This document shows positions 49,541-61,015 of a stretch of 64,000 nt of DNA, one piece after another. The notes beneath the pieces are model-generated. The model was not told the origin of the DNA, did not search any database, and worked only from the letters and a program-made list of their open reading frames with translations. The stretch lies in NCBI GenBank assembly GCA_040954595.2, contig CM082598.2, positions 6,525,097 to 6,589,096 of the forward strand, in the 5' to 3' direction. The position numbers and the translations under genes were made by a program. Within the stretch, counting starts at the first letter, position 1. Every line of letters begins with the position of its first letter. The stretch comes from Balanoglossus misakiensis (lineage: Eukaryota; Animalia; Hemichordata).

Positions 49541-50164
49541 TGACTTGCATAATTCTTAACTTTTTGTTAAAATTATAAGTCTCATTTAAAAGGAGAAATA
49601 TTGCTTGTATAATATACAACCTTACCTTTACATGTACCTTGCTTGTAGATATATTGATAGTGATAATTTAAAGCAGGTTAAAGCGGGCAGTGAGGATGTT
49701 TTTTTTTTGTAATTTTCAGAGAAGATACTTTGAAGAAGAAAGCAGTGGTGTATACAAAGTGGTGTCACATGACAGCCAACTTAAAGCTGAGACTAGTGAA
49801 CAACTAAATCTCGGTAGAACCCAGCAATATAAATGGCGCGGGCTGACTCTTCAGTGTGCTGAACACATTCATTCCTCCGTTCCGGTGTGTTCTGTTCAAG
49901 GTCAAAGGTCATTCAAAGCTTCTAGGGCTGCTTTGGATGGTCTTTGGCATGCACCTATTACAACGGCTTCACTCAAGTCAACTACAACCCTTTTTGTCTA
50001 ATTCACCCAAAGTGTTCTTCCTTCCGTTCTCAAATCATCAAGCAAAGATCTGGAGAATGACGAAAGTAATATGATTTGAAGTTTAAAGTGTCTATATGTG
50101 ATTGGTGTTACGTCGAAACAGAAATATGCTGCACTATTAAAGGAAAGCTGAGTTAGGTTTCATA

Positions 50165-53100
50165 ATGCAGAGAGAAAAGCTGACAGGAACAAAACACCTG
50201 CTTCTCGGCTCAATGCCCAAACTGACTCCATACAAGAAAGTGATATCCTTTATTCAAAGCCTAGATATCGGTGACTTAATTCCAGTTGTAGTTGAAGGCA
50301 TAGTCGTTGGTCTTAAGCGCCCCCTGATTTCCATGCTTCTAAAATTAACAGAGTTATATTTGAAAATGGAGGAAAATAAGCCATGTGACCAGTGTTGGTT
50401 TGGGAAACCCAATTGTTTTCAAATCGCTTTGGGGTCAGATGGAACTCCCTTTGGAAAGCATAATCAGGCCACAAGCTGGTTAATAAGCTTTCTCAATGTT
50501 ACACACAAGCTTGCTAGTCCAGATCATAACTTTTTACTACTTGGTACTCTTTACTGACATCTCTGAGTTCAGTGTCGAAGATAAGAGTGATTCTGATCAT
50601 TTTCCTCTGGCGTGTACCATAAATATTAAACGGTTTTGCCGTCATGTAAGAAATACAAAATCAAAAGTCATTGATGTTGATTTGCATAAATATTCTTATT
50701 TCAAATGGGACAAAGAAAAACTTGGTAATTTCAATACTTATATTGCTTCTAAGGAAGGTGAAGAGCGTGTAAAGCGGGTTCTTGAATGGGATAGACAAAA
50801 TGTAAATGAGTTGATAAATGGAGTTTATGATTTGTTATATTGGGCTGCCACCGATTACCAGAAGATGACCATCAAAACATTTACAGGAGACAAAACCAGA
50901 TCATCGCAGCCAAAATGGTTCAATAAAGACTGTGAAACTGCTAAGAAAAAAATGTACAAAGCACTTAGAAATTTCAGAGCATCAAATGACATGAATAGTC
51001 TGAGTATATACAAAGAACAGAAATCAAACTTTAAAACAATATGTAGAGTAAACAAAGAAAGCTTTAAAAGCTCCATCTGTAGAAATGTTGGGTCACAGGG
51101 ACAAAATATCTGGCAACATGTTAAGCGTTTTATGGGAGGTATGAAATCTTTTTCAAATATTTCCTCTAGTGACTGGATAAATCATTTTAAAACCCTCCAT
51201 AACCCAAAATGGCATAGAACAAGGTTTGATATTACTGTGGAAGAGTTTTTAGAAAACTTTGCCCCTTCCCCGGAAGATTTAAATAGCGATGCTGAAGAGA
51301 TTCTAAATAGTCATATTACAACTCATGAAATCGTCTGTGCACTGAATAAGTTAAAAGCTGGTAAATCCCCGGGTCCGGATGGTATCCCAAATGAATTTTA
51401 TCGAAATGCAAAACAAAGTCTAATCACGGTACTTGATTTCACGTTCAATGCCATTTTTGACTCTGGTGTTTTTCCAAGCGAGTGGAATAAGGGAATAATT
51501 GTACCACTTCATAAGAAGGGTAGTTTACATGACCCAAACAATTTCAGAGGCATCACTTTATTGAATTGTCTAAGCAAGATTTTTACTTTTATACTAAATC
51601 AGAGACTTGTAAAATGGGCTGAAATGCAAGGTTGTATCACTGAATGTCAAGCTGGTTTCAGACGTGATTTTAGCGCTGTTGATAATATCTTTGTTCTTCA
51701 CATTATGGTACAGAAATATCTTTCTAGATCAAAAGGTCGTTTCTATTGTTTGTTTGTAGATTTCAGTAAAGCTTTTGATTCAGTAAATCACAATCTCTTG
51801 TTATATAGACTTTGTCTAGAGGGTGTCATGGGCAAAATGTATAATATTCTTAAATCCATTTATAAAGAAGTTAAATCTTGTGTCAAGAGTCGAAATGGAG
51901 TAACCGATTTCTTTAATTGCTCTGTCGGAGTTCGACAAGGGTGTATGTTGAGTCCTTTTCTTTTTTCTCTGTTCATCAATGAATTAAATAATATGTTAGT
52001 AAATTCGGGTAATCATGGTATTCAAATCACTCAAGAACTTTACGACCTTTTTGCACTTCTTTATGCTGATGATGTTACAATTTTTAGTGATACGCCAGTT
52101 GGGCTACAAAGACTGATTAGAGTACTGGAATGTTTCTGTCATAAATGGAAACTATCTGTAAATATGGAAAAGTCACAAATAATTGTTTTTCGTAGAGGGG
52201 GTGTTTTAAAGAAATGTGAAAAATGGTTTTATAATAGAGAACAACTAAAAACTGTCAGTTACTACAAATATTTAGGTTTAATAATTTCAAGTAGAAACAT
52301 CTGGAGTAAAGCTGTTACCGTACTCTCAGACCAAGCCAGAAAAGCTATGGGCGCTATTTTCCGTATGATTAAAAACAGTGGCACTTTATCTTTTAAAGAC
52401 TATTTTAAACTTTTTGATTCCATGATTTTGCCAGTCTTAACATATGGATCTGAAATATGGGGATATCAGAGATATCAAGTTGCTGAAAGAGTACAACTGA
52501 AATATTGTAAAGCCTTTATGGGCGTTAAATCAACTACACCAGATGCTTGCATTCTAGGAGATTGTGGAAGACATCCAATATTTATTCACACTTTTAAGAA
52601 AGTTATTTTATACTGGTTCAAGTTATTAAAAATGCCCACAAACAGAGTAGCCAAACATGCCTACAAATTATCGGTGACACTGGACAAAAATGGGAAAAAA
52701 TCATGGGCAACAAATGTAAAATGTCTTCTGTATGAACACGGTTTTGGAGATGTATGGCTATGGCAAGGCCCAGGGGATTTTGATCTTTTTCTTCTCAATT
52801 TTATGACAAGAGCAAGTGATATTTTCAAACAAAACTGGTTCTCAGACACCTGTAGTAAGAGTAAACTTCGTTTGTACTGTAACTTTAAAACATCATTTCA
52901 TACAGAGAACTACTTAAAATTGAATATTGTTTTCAAACTAAGGAGTGCCCTCGCTCGTCTCAGAACTTGTGGTTTTGATTTGGCAGTTGAGGAGGGGAGG
53001 GCACAGGGAATCGACTTTGAAGATAGAATTTGCAGAGTATGTGGGTCTACTGAGATCGAGGACGAATATCACTTTATTTGTATCTGTCCTTTATACCAGA

Positions 53101-53780
53101 CTTTAAGAAGCATGTATTTACCGAGATGGTCATATACAATTCCAACACCCGAAAAATATTACTCACTCATGGCTTCAGATAATAACAAAGAAATACGAAA
53201 TCTGGCCTTATTTGTTCACAAAGCAATCAGTTTGAGAAAAGAATGTTTGTAATTTTTATCTCTTTTCTCTTTTTGTACTCTCTGTAAAATTCTGTGTGTA
53301 TAAATATAAGTTTGCAATATGGGCTGGAGGCCTAAAAGAGCAATAAAGCATTATTATATATACTACTTGGGGCAAACCTTAAAGAAGATGATGAGTACAC
53401 GAGAAATTATGCTGAGAGTATGAGCTCTGAATTACAAGCCATTGTTACAGAGAAACATGACGTATTCCAGCATGTGGTGTCATTCAAAGTTTCCCTTCTA
53501 CCATTCGACATGAAAAGATTGGCATTTGTTTCAAGGGAGCTTAGCAATGCCGTAAAGTATTTCTCCTCTTTTGCCAATGTTTCAACAGCAAACATGAATA
53601 CACCGAATGCCTCAGTGGGTCTAAGTAGTAAATGGCAGAAATGGGATTATAGCAAACGATTTATTGATGCAGCAGCTGTCAGCAAAATGAAGAATACTCA
53701 AAACAAATCTATCAACAGCTAGGACAAAAATCACAGACTCAATAGCAAAATGACAAAGTAGACACGAATTTGGGTTCGTT
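50165..53780 (+). pseudogene. DDE transposase relic with RAG1/Transib/Chapaev-like core, split by the RTE-X LINE
   Basis: IALGSDGTPFGK...ASPDHNFLLLG joins in frame to ANLKEDDE...FKVSLLPFDMKRLAFVSRELSNAVKYFSSFANV once the LINE and one TSD are removed. Confidence 0.6.
50545..53360 (+). mobile_element. 5'-truncated RTE-X-like LINE with uninterrupted RT ORF (to 53252)
   Basis: TSD TACTACTTGG (50535-44 and 53361-70). KSPGPDGI, QAGFR, FVDFSKAFD, GVRQGC, YADD, C-terminal CRVC...EDEYHFICICPLY. AATAAA followed by an (ATT/AT) tail. Confidence 0.9.
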
Positions 53781-54029
53781 GAGTAAAAAAGAATAATATT
53801 CATGTCTTTCTTGCCAGTATTCAGAGCTTATTTTGAATGACATTTTAAAAATAAATTCTTGATATCATGTCATAAAGAATTTCCTTCATTCTGTATGAAT
53901 GGGGAGAATCAGATTTTTAATAACCAATTACAAACCCAATGATGGTATTAGGATCTTGTTAAATATCCTTTGCTTAAAAGCTCTACATTTATTTATAATT
54001 GACAAATCCTGTGTTGTTCACTTTTAGAA

Positions 54030-54365
54030 ACTCAAACAGCTTCAGTCCTCCTCGAAGGCTGTTGACTGGTCTGAAGAGGACAAGGAGAAAATAAAACGAG
54101 TCCTGACGGCTGAATCTATATCCTCGGAAGAGAGTGATTTTGATGATGAGGGGGGGGGGGGGGGATCAAACAGTACATACGACGTCCTCTGACCTGGGAA
54201 AGGAAAAAAGTTGCTTAAAGCAAAAAAACAGTTAATGGATATTTATTTCAAATCCCTATCGGCAAAGCAGCACCAGCTCCGTCTTCCCAGGTCAGATGGA
54301 CCCCCCCCCCCCCCCGCCCTCTTCCAGGGAGCGACCTGACTACCCAGAGGATTGGGCCGTCAGGG
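54030..54365 (+). pseudogene. Frameshifted exon-like relic, probably a transposon accessory ORF
   Basis: Reads WSEEDKEKIKRVLTAESISSEESDFDDE...RRPLTWER...SSRERPDYPEDWAVR across homopolymer frameshifts, after a TTTTAG acceptor. Confidence 0.4.
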
Positions 54366-54922
54366 ATGCGTCTGGGATAATTATGGGTCTTTTTCTGGAA
54401 CAGGTTCTCTGGAGGAGGGATGTACTATTCTCACACTCCTGGCAGCTGGGAGTGTGGGATAGAGAGTGTGGGTCGGATCAAATCGATCCCACACTCTGTG
54501 TTAATGCGCACACAGACAACTGTTATTTGACATGAGCTCTGATTGGATAATATTTTTACCCCTCAGAATGAGCAAATATTATCCGTTTGTGTGATGTGTT
54601 GTACACGAACCGGAACTACAAAGTGACCAGGTCATGTGCAGAAGACAGTGGTGTACATGGTTGATGACAGAATCGCAAAAACGATTGTATTTTCCAGATA
54701 TCCCGCGAATTTATGCCACTGGAAACAATCTCCGTATTTTAATGTGTTGAGCACATTTTTGAGGCATGTGTGTACTGTAAACTCGTGATGAAACGGGGAC
54801 TATGTTTTGTGGGGCGGATCAATATATGACCGGTTGAGCAGTTATCAGTGGGTATTTTATTGATTTAGTCCTTTGATTGTAAATAAACGTGAATATCGCA
54901 AATTTGTGGTTTTGTGAGAAAG

Positions 54923-55051
54923 AGAATCTCACACACCAAGGACCTGGGATCGTATTTGTCACACTCGTCGGGGCCTGCGGCTCGTGTGGGACAGAAAATC
55001 CCCAACTTGTGTGAGAAATACGATCCCAGGTCCTTGGGAGTGTGAGATTCT
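54923..55051. repeat. Hairpin/fold-back repeat
   Basis: AGAATCTCACAC..CCAAGGACCTGGGATCGTATTT.TCACAC and its reverse complement. Confidence 0.85.
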
Positions 55052-55990
55052 ATTAGTCCCCACTGATTGATATTGCACTTCATTTTTATAATGATTTTTT
55101 TTTCTATCTATAACTTAATTTTTGTTTTTGACTTTTTATTTTTAATGACATTTGAATTTATTTTAGGATTGTTTTTAATTGTGTTTGTGATTTGTATTCA
55201 AGTTTGTATTTTAGTTTGTAAAGGTTATTTTTTGCCTTCTTTTACTTTCTAGTTTCTTAAATTTTTCGTTATATTGTAAATAGTAGTACTTAGTAATAAA
55301 CAATTCATACAATTCATGACAATGTCCCACTGCATGTATATATAGCTTGTGTATGTGTGATCTATTTCACGGTGGTGGAGTGTACTGGTACATGTGCAGG
55401 AATGAAAAAAAAAATGGATGAAGACAAAGCTGACACAGTAAATACAATATGTAATGGTGTGATCAGAGTTCCATAATTACTTCCACAATAGAGGGCCAAA
55501 GAAAAGAATGATCACTGACACAGGATATATTCTACCCTTTAGTTATGCATGAAACAATGAATGTATTAAACAAAGGTGGTATAAGCCTTTTATTGTTAAT
55601 AAAATTATTCCCCCAACATTTGTAAACTCTCTCTGGATAAAGTGAATATTCCAAAAGCAGAAATGAGAATCAGAAGCTAAAGCAAATATTCTGATCAGTC
55701 TGACTTAAAGCTGTATAAATGTGACGCTAGGTGTATAGAAATGCGTCTATTTATTCATCTGTATTAGAGTGCATAAATGTGAATGCAAGATGTACATGAA
55801 TTATTCACCTTTATGAGAGTGCATAAAGGTGATTATTTGTGATCAGCCATTATACCAATTTATAGAGTTGCATAAAGATGTATAAAATGAGTATCTTTAT
55901 GCTGCATAAAGATGATTACAGGAACAGCTTTAATCATAATTATTTATACCAACTTTAAGCATTTCATAAACCATTGCATAAATCTTCCAG

Positions 55991-58900
55991 CCCCCCTCTC
56001 CAGGATATCATATGGTCCACCCCTTATGTGCGCCCTCACTGATGGCAGTACAAGTCTTGGACCCCCTCTCCAGGATATCAAATGGTCCACGCCTTATGTG
56101 CGCCCTCACTGATGGCAGTGCAAGTCTTGGACCCCCTCTCCAGGATATCAAATGGTCCACGCCTTATGTGCGCCCCCACTGATGGCAGTACAAGTCTTGG
56201 ACCCCCTCTCCAGGATATCAAATGGTCCACCCCTTATGTGCGCCCTCGCTGATGGCAGTGCAAGTCTTGGACCCCCTCTCCAGGATATCAAATGGTCCAC
56301 GCCTTATGTGCGCCCCCACTGATGGCAGTACAAGTCTTGGACCCCCTCTCCAGGATATCAAATGGTCCACGCCTTATGTGCGCCCCCACTGATGGCAGTA
56401 CAAGTCTTGGACCCCCTCTCCAGGATATCAAATGGTCCACCCCTTATGTGCGCCCTCACTGATGGCAGTGCAAGTCTTGGACCCCCTCTCCAGGATATCA
56501 AATGGTCCACGCCTTATGTGCGCCCCCACTGATGGCAGTACAAGTCTTGGACCCCCTCTCCAGGATATCAAATGGTCCACCCCTTATGTGCGCCCTCGCT
56601 GATGGCAGTGCAAGTCTTGGACCCCCTCTCCAGGATATCAAATGGTCCACGCCTTATGTGCGCCCCCACTGATGGCAGTACAAGTCTTGGACCCCCTCTC
56701 CAGGATATCAAATGGTCCACGCCTTATGTGCGCCCCCACTGATGGCAGTACAAGTCTTGGACCCCCTCTCCAGGATATCAAATGGTCCACGCCTTATGTG
56801 CGCCCCCACTGATGGCAGTACAAGTCTTGGACCCCCTCTCCAGGATATCAAATGGTCCACGCCTTATGTGCGCCCCCACTGATGGCAGTACAAGTCTTGG
56901 ACCCCCTCTCCAGGATATCAAATGGTCCACCCCTTATGTGCGCCCTCGCTGATGGCAGTGCAAGTCTTGGACCCCCTCTCCAGGATATCAAATGGTCCAC
57001 GCCTTATGTGCGCCCCCACTGATGGCAGTACAAGTCTTGGACCCCCTCTCCAGGATATCAAATGGTCCACGCCTTATGTGCGCCCCCACTGATGGCAGTA
57101 CAAGTCTTGGACCCCCTCTCCAGGATATCAAATGGTCCACCCCTTATGTGCGCCCCCACTGATGGCAGTACAAGTCTTGGACCCCCTCTCCAGGATATCA
57201 AATGGTCCACGCCTTATGTGCGCCCCCACTGATGGCAGTACAAGTCTTGGACCCCCTCTCCAGGATATCAAATGGTCCACCCCTTATGTGCGCCCTCGCT
57301 GATGGCAGTGCAAGTCTTGGACCCCCTCTCCAGGATATCAAATGGTCCACGCCTTATGTGCGCCCCCACTGATGGCAGTACAAGTCTTGGACCCCCTCTC
57401 CAGGATATCAAATGGTCCACGCCTTATGTGCGCCCCCACTGATGGCAGTGCAAGTCTTGGACCCCCTCTCCAGGATATCAAATGGTCCACGCCTTATGTG
57501 CGCCCCCACTGATGGCAGTGCAAGTCTTGGACCCCCTCTCCAGGATATCAAATGGTCCACGCCTTATGTGCGCCCCCACTGATGGCAGTGCAAGTCTTGG
57601 ACCCCCTCTCCAGGATATCAAATGCTCCACGCCTTATGTGCGCCCCCACTGATGGCAGTGCAAGTCTTGGACCCCCTCTCCAGGATATCAAATGCTCCAC
57701 CCCTTATGTGCGCCCTCGCTGATGGCAGTGCAAGTCTTGGACCCCCTCTCCAGGATATCAAATGGTCCACCCCTTATGTGCGCCCCCACTGATGGCAGTG
57801 CAAGTCTTGGACCCCCTCTCCAGGATATCAAATGGTCCACCCCTTATGTGCGCCCCCACTGATGGCAGTGCAAGTCTTGGACCCCCTCTCCAGGATATCA
57901 AATGCTCCACCCCTTATGTGCGCCCTCGCTGATGGCAGTGCAAGTCTTGGACCCCCTCTCCAGGATATCAAATGCTCCACCCCTTATGTGCGCCCTCGCT
58001 GATGGCAGTGCAAGTCTTGGACCCCCTCTCCAGGATATCAAATGGTCCACGCCTTATGTGCGCCCCCACTGATGGCAGTGCAAGTCTTGGACCCCCTCTC
58101 CAGGATATCAAATGCTCCACCCCTTATGTGCGCCCCCGCTGATGGCAGTGCAAGTCTTGGACCCCCTCTCCAGGATATCAAATGCTCCACCCCTTATGTG
58201 CGCCCTCGCTGATGGCAGTGCAAGTCTTGGACCCCCTCTCCAGGATATCAAATGGTCCACGCCTTATGTGCGCCCCCACTGATGGCAGTGCAAGTCTTGG
58301 ACCCCCTCTCCAGGATATCAAATGGTCCACCCCTTATGTGCGCCCTCACTGATGGCAGTGCAAGTCTTGGACCCCCTCTCCAGGATATCAAATGGTCCAC
58401 CCCTTATGTGCGCCCTCACTGATGGCAGTGCAAGTCTTGGACCCCCTCTCCAGGATATCAAATGGTCCACCCCTTATGTGCGCCCTCACTGATGGCAGTG
58501 CAAGTCTTGGACCCCCTCTCCAGGATATCAAATGGTCCACCCCTTATGTGCGCCCTCACTGATGGCAGTGCAAGTCTTGGACCCCCTCTCCAGGATATCA
58601 AATGGTCCACCCCTTATGTGCGCCCTCACTGATGGCAGTGCAAGTCTTGGACCCCCTCTCCAGGATATCAAATGGTCCACGCCTTATGTGCGCCCCCGCT
58701 GATGGCAGTGCAAGTCTTGGACCCCCTCTCCAGGATATCAAATGCTCCACCCCTTATGTGCGCCCTCGCTGATGGCAGTGCAAGTCTTGGACCCCCTCTC
58801 CAGGATATCAAATGGTCCACGCCTTATGTGCGCCCCCACTGATGGCAGTGCAAGTCTTGGACCCCCTCTCCAGGATATCAAATGGTCCACCCCTTATGTG

Positions 58901-60260
58901 CGCCCTCACTGATGGCAGTGCAAGTCTTGGACCCCCTCTCCAGGATATCAAATGGTCCACCCCTTATGTGCGCCCTCACTGATGGCAGTGCAAGTCTTGG
59001 ACCCCCTCTCCAGGATATCAAATGGTCCACCCCTTATGTGCGCCCTCACTGATGGCAGTGCAAGTCTTGGACCCCCTCTCCAGGATATCAAATGGTCCAC
59101 GCCTTATGTGCGCCCCCACTGATGGCAGTGCAAGTCTTGGACCCCCTCTCCAGGATATCAAATGGTCCACCCCTTATGTGCGCCCTCACTGATGGCAGTG
59201 CAAGTCTTGGACCCCCTCTCCAGGATATCAAATGGTCCACGCCTTATGTGCGCCCCCACTGATGGCAGTGCAAGTCTTGGACCCCCTCTCCAGGATATCA
59301 AATGGTCCACCCCTTATGTGCGCCCTCACTGATGGCAGTGCAAGTCTTGGACCCCCTCTCCAGGATATCAAATGCTCCACGCCTTATGTGCGCCCCCACT
59401 GATGGCAGTACAAGTCTTGGACCCCCTCTCCAGGATATCAAATGCTCCACCCCTTATGTGCGCCCTCGCTGATGGCAGTGCAAGTCTTGGACCCCCTCTC
59501 CAGGATATCAAATGGTCCACGCCTTATGTGCGCCCCCACTGATGGCAGTGCAAGTCTTGGACCCCCTCTCCAGGATATCAAATGCTCCACCCCTTATGTG
59601 CGCCCTCGCTGATGGCAGTGCAAGTCTTGGACCCCCTCTCCAGGATATCAAATGGTCCACCCCTTATGTGCGCCCTCACTGATGGCAGTGCAAGTCTTGG
59701 ACCCCCTCTCCAGGATATCAAATGGTCCACGCCTTATGTGCGCCCCCACTGATGGCAGTACAAGTCTTGGACCCCCTCTCCAGGATATCAAATGCTCCAC
59801 CCCTTATGTGCGCCCTCGCTGATGGCAGTGCAAGTCTTGGACCCCCTCTCCAGGATATCAAATGGTCCACGCCTTATGTGCGCCCCCACTGATGGCAGTG
59901 CAAGTCTTGGACCCCCTCTCCAGGATATCAAATGGTCCACCCCTTATATGCGCCCTCACTGATGGCAGTACAAGTCTTGGACCCCCTCTCCAGGATATCA
60001 AATGGTCCACGCCTTATGTGCGCCCCCACTGATGGCAGTACAAGTCTTGGACCCCCTCTCCAGGATATCAAATGGTCCACGCCTTATGTGCGCCCCCACT
60101 GATGGCAGTGCAAGTCTTGGACCCCCTCTCCAGGATATCAAATGGTCCACGCCTTATGTGCGCCCCCACTGATGGCAGTGCAAGTCTTGGACCCCCTCTC
60201 CAGGATATCAAATGGTCCACCCCTTATGTGCGCCCTCACTGATGGCAGTGCAAGTCTTGA
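55991..60260. repeat. Tandem satellite, 70-bp unit, about 61 copies
   Basis: Unit ACCCCCTCTCCAGGATATCAAATG(G/C)TCCAC(G/C)CCTTATGTGCGCCC(C/T)C(A/G)CTGATGGCAGT(A/G)CAAGTCTTGG. No indels seen. Confidence 0.98.
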
Positions 60261-60599
60261 TTCTGACTGGTTGATGCTCATCATCACATGACTATATTGG
60301 ACTTTGAAAGAATAGAAAAGCTTTGGGATTGTCTGACACTTAGTGACAGAAGTGTTGCTGCTTGATGTATGTGAAGACTGTTCCGTCCTTGGCCTGTCTC
60401 TTCATTGCTCCAAGTTGTGCATGCAAGTCCTGCCACCCACAGCTTCTTTATGGTGAGTCCATATTTTATTACAGCCTTGTGTGAACACAACATGAGAAAC
60501 AGGAAGCCCTCTTGTGAAGGTATTAGATACACAACACTTCAATCACATAGTCTTCTCGCACAGGTTGTCAGGTCGACTGCATTGTACAATCTCGCAGCG

Positions 60600-60779
60600 C
60601 GGGTAATTGTGCCGATCAATTTGTATTTTAACTTCCATCCCTGCCAAAGGAAAACCATTGCTAATGTTTACACAGCAAACTAAATGGCAGGTTTGAATGA
60701 CACAATTATAAATGAGGACAGAAACAAAAAATATTGAATAGAAAATGCAATCATACAAATTGATCGGCACAATTACCCG
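60600..60779. mobile_element. Small MITE-like inverted repeat
   Basis: CGGGTAATTGTGCCGATCAATTTGTAT and its perfect reverse complement about 150 bp away. Confidence 0.75.
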
Positions 60780-61015
60780 TATATGCACAGTGTTCAGTGT
60801 TCATTGCTAGATGCACTGCTCACAATGGGTATGTTTTATTTGCGTGCTCACAAAGTTTCTTTGCGTGCAGTCAAATACACACAGCACGGAACCTCAAAAG
60901 TTGTCATTTTCGGCAACAATTGAACCATAATATTTAATGCAAACAATTATGGAATAATTACATGAAATTAATTTGTAATTTTACTTCCTTTGGTGTTGAT
61001 TTGAAACCCAGTCAT

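Noticed and set aside
55991-60260. CRISPR array, hammerhead array, CTCF array or coding repeat
   Set aside because: There are no unique spacers. CTGATGG lacks the CUGANGA/GAAA hammerhead core, the CTCF-like GGGGGCGC match has wrong spacing, and the 70-bp unit has stops on both strands.
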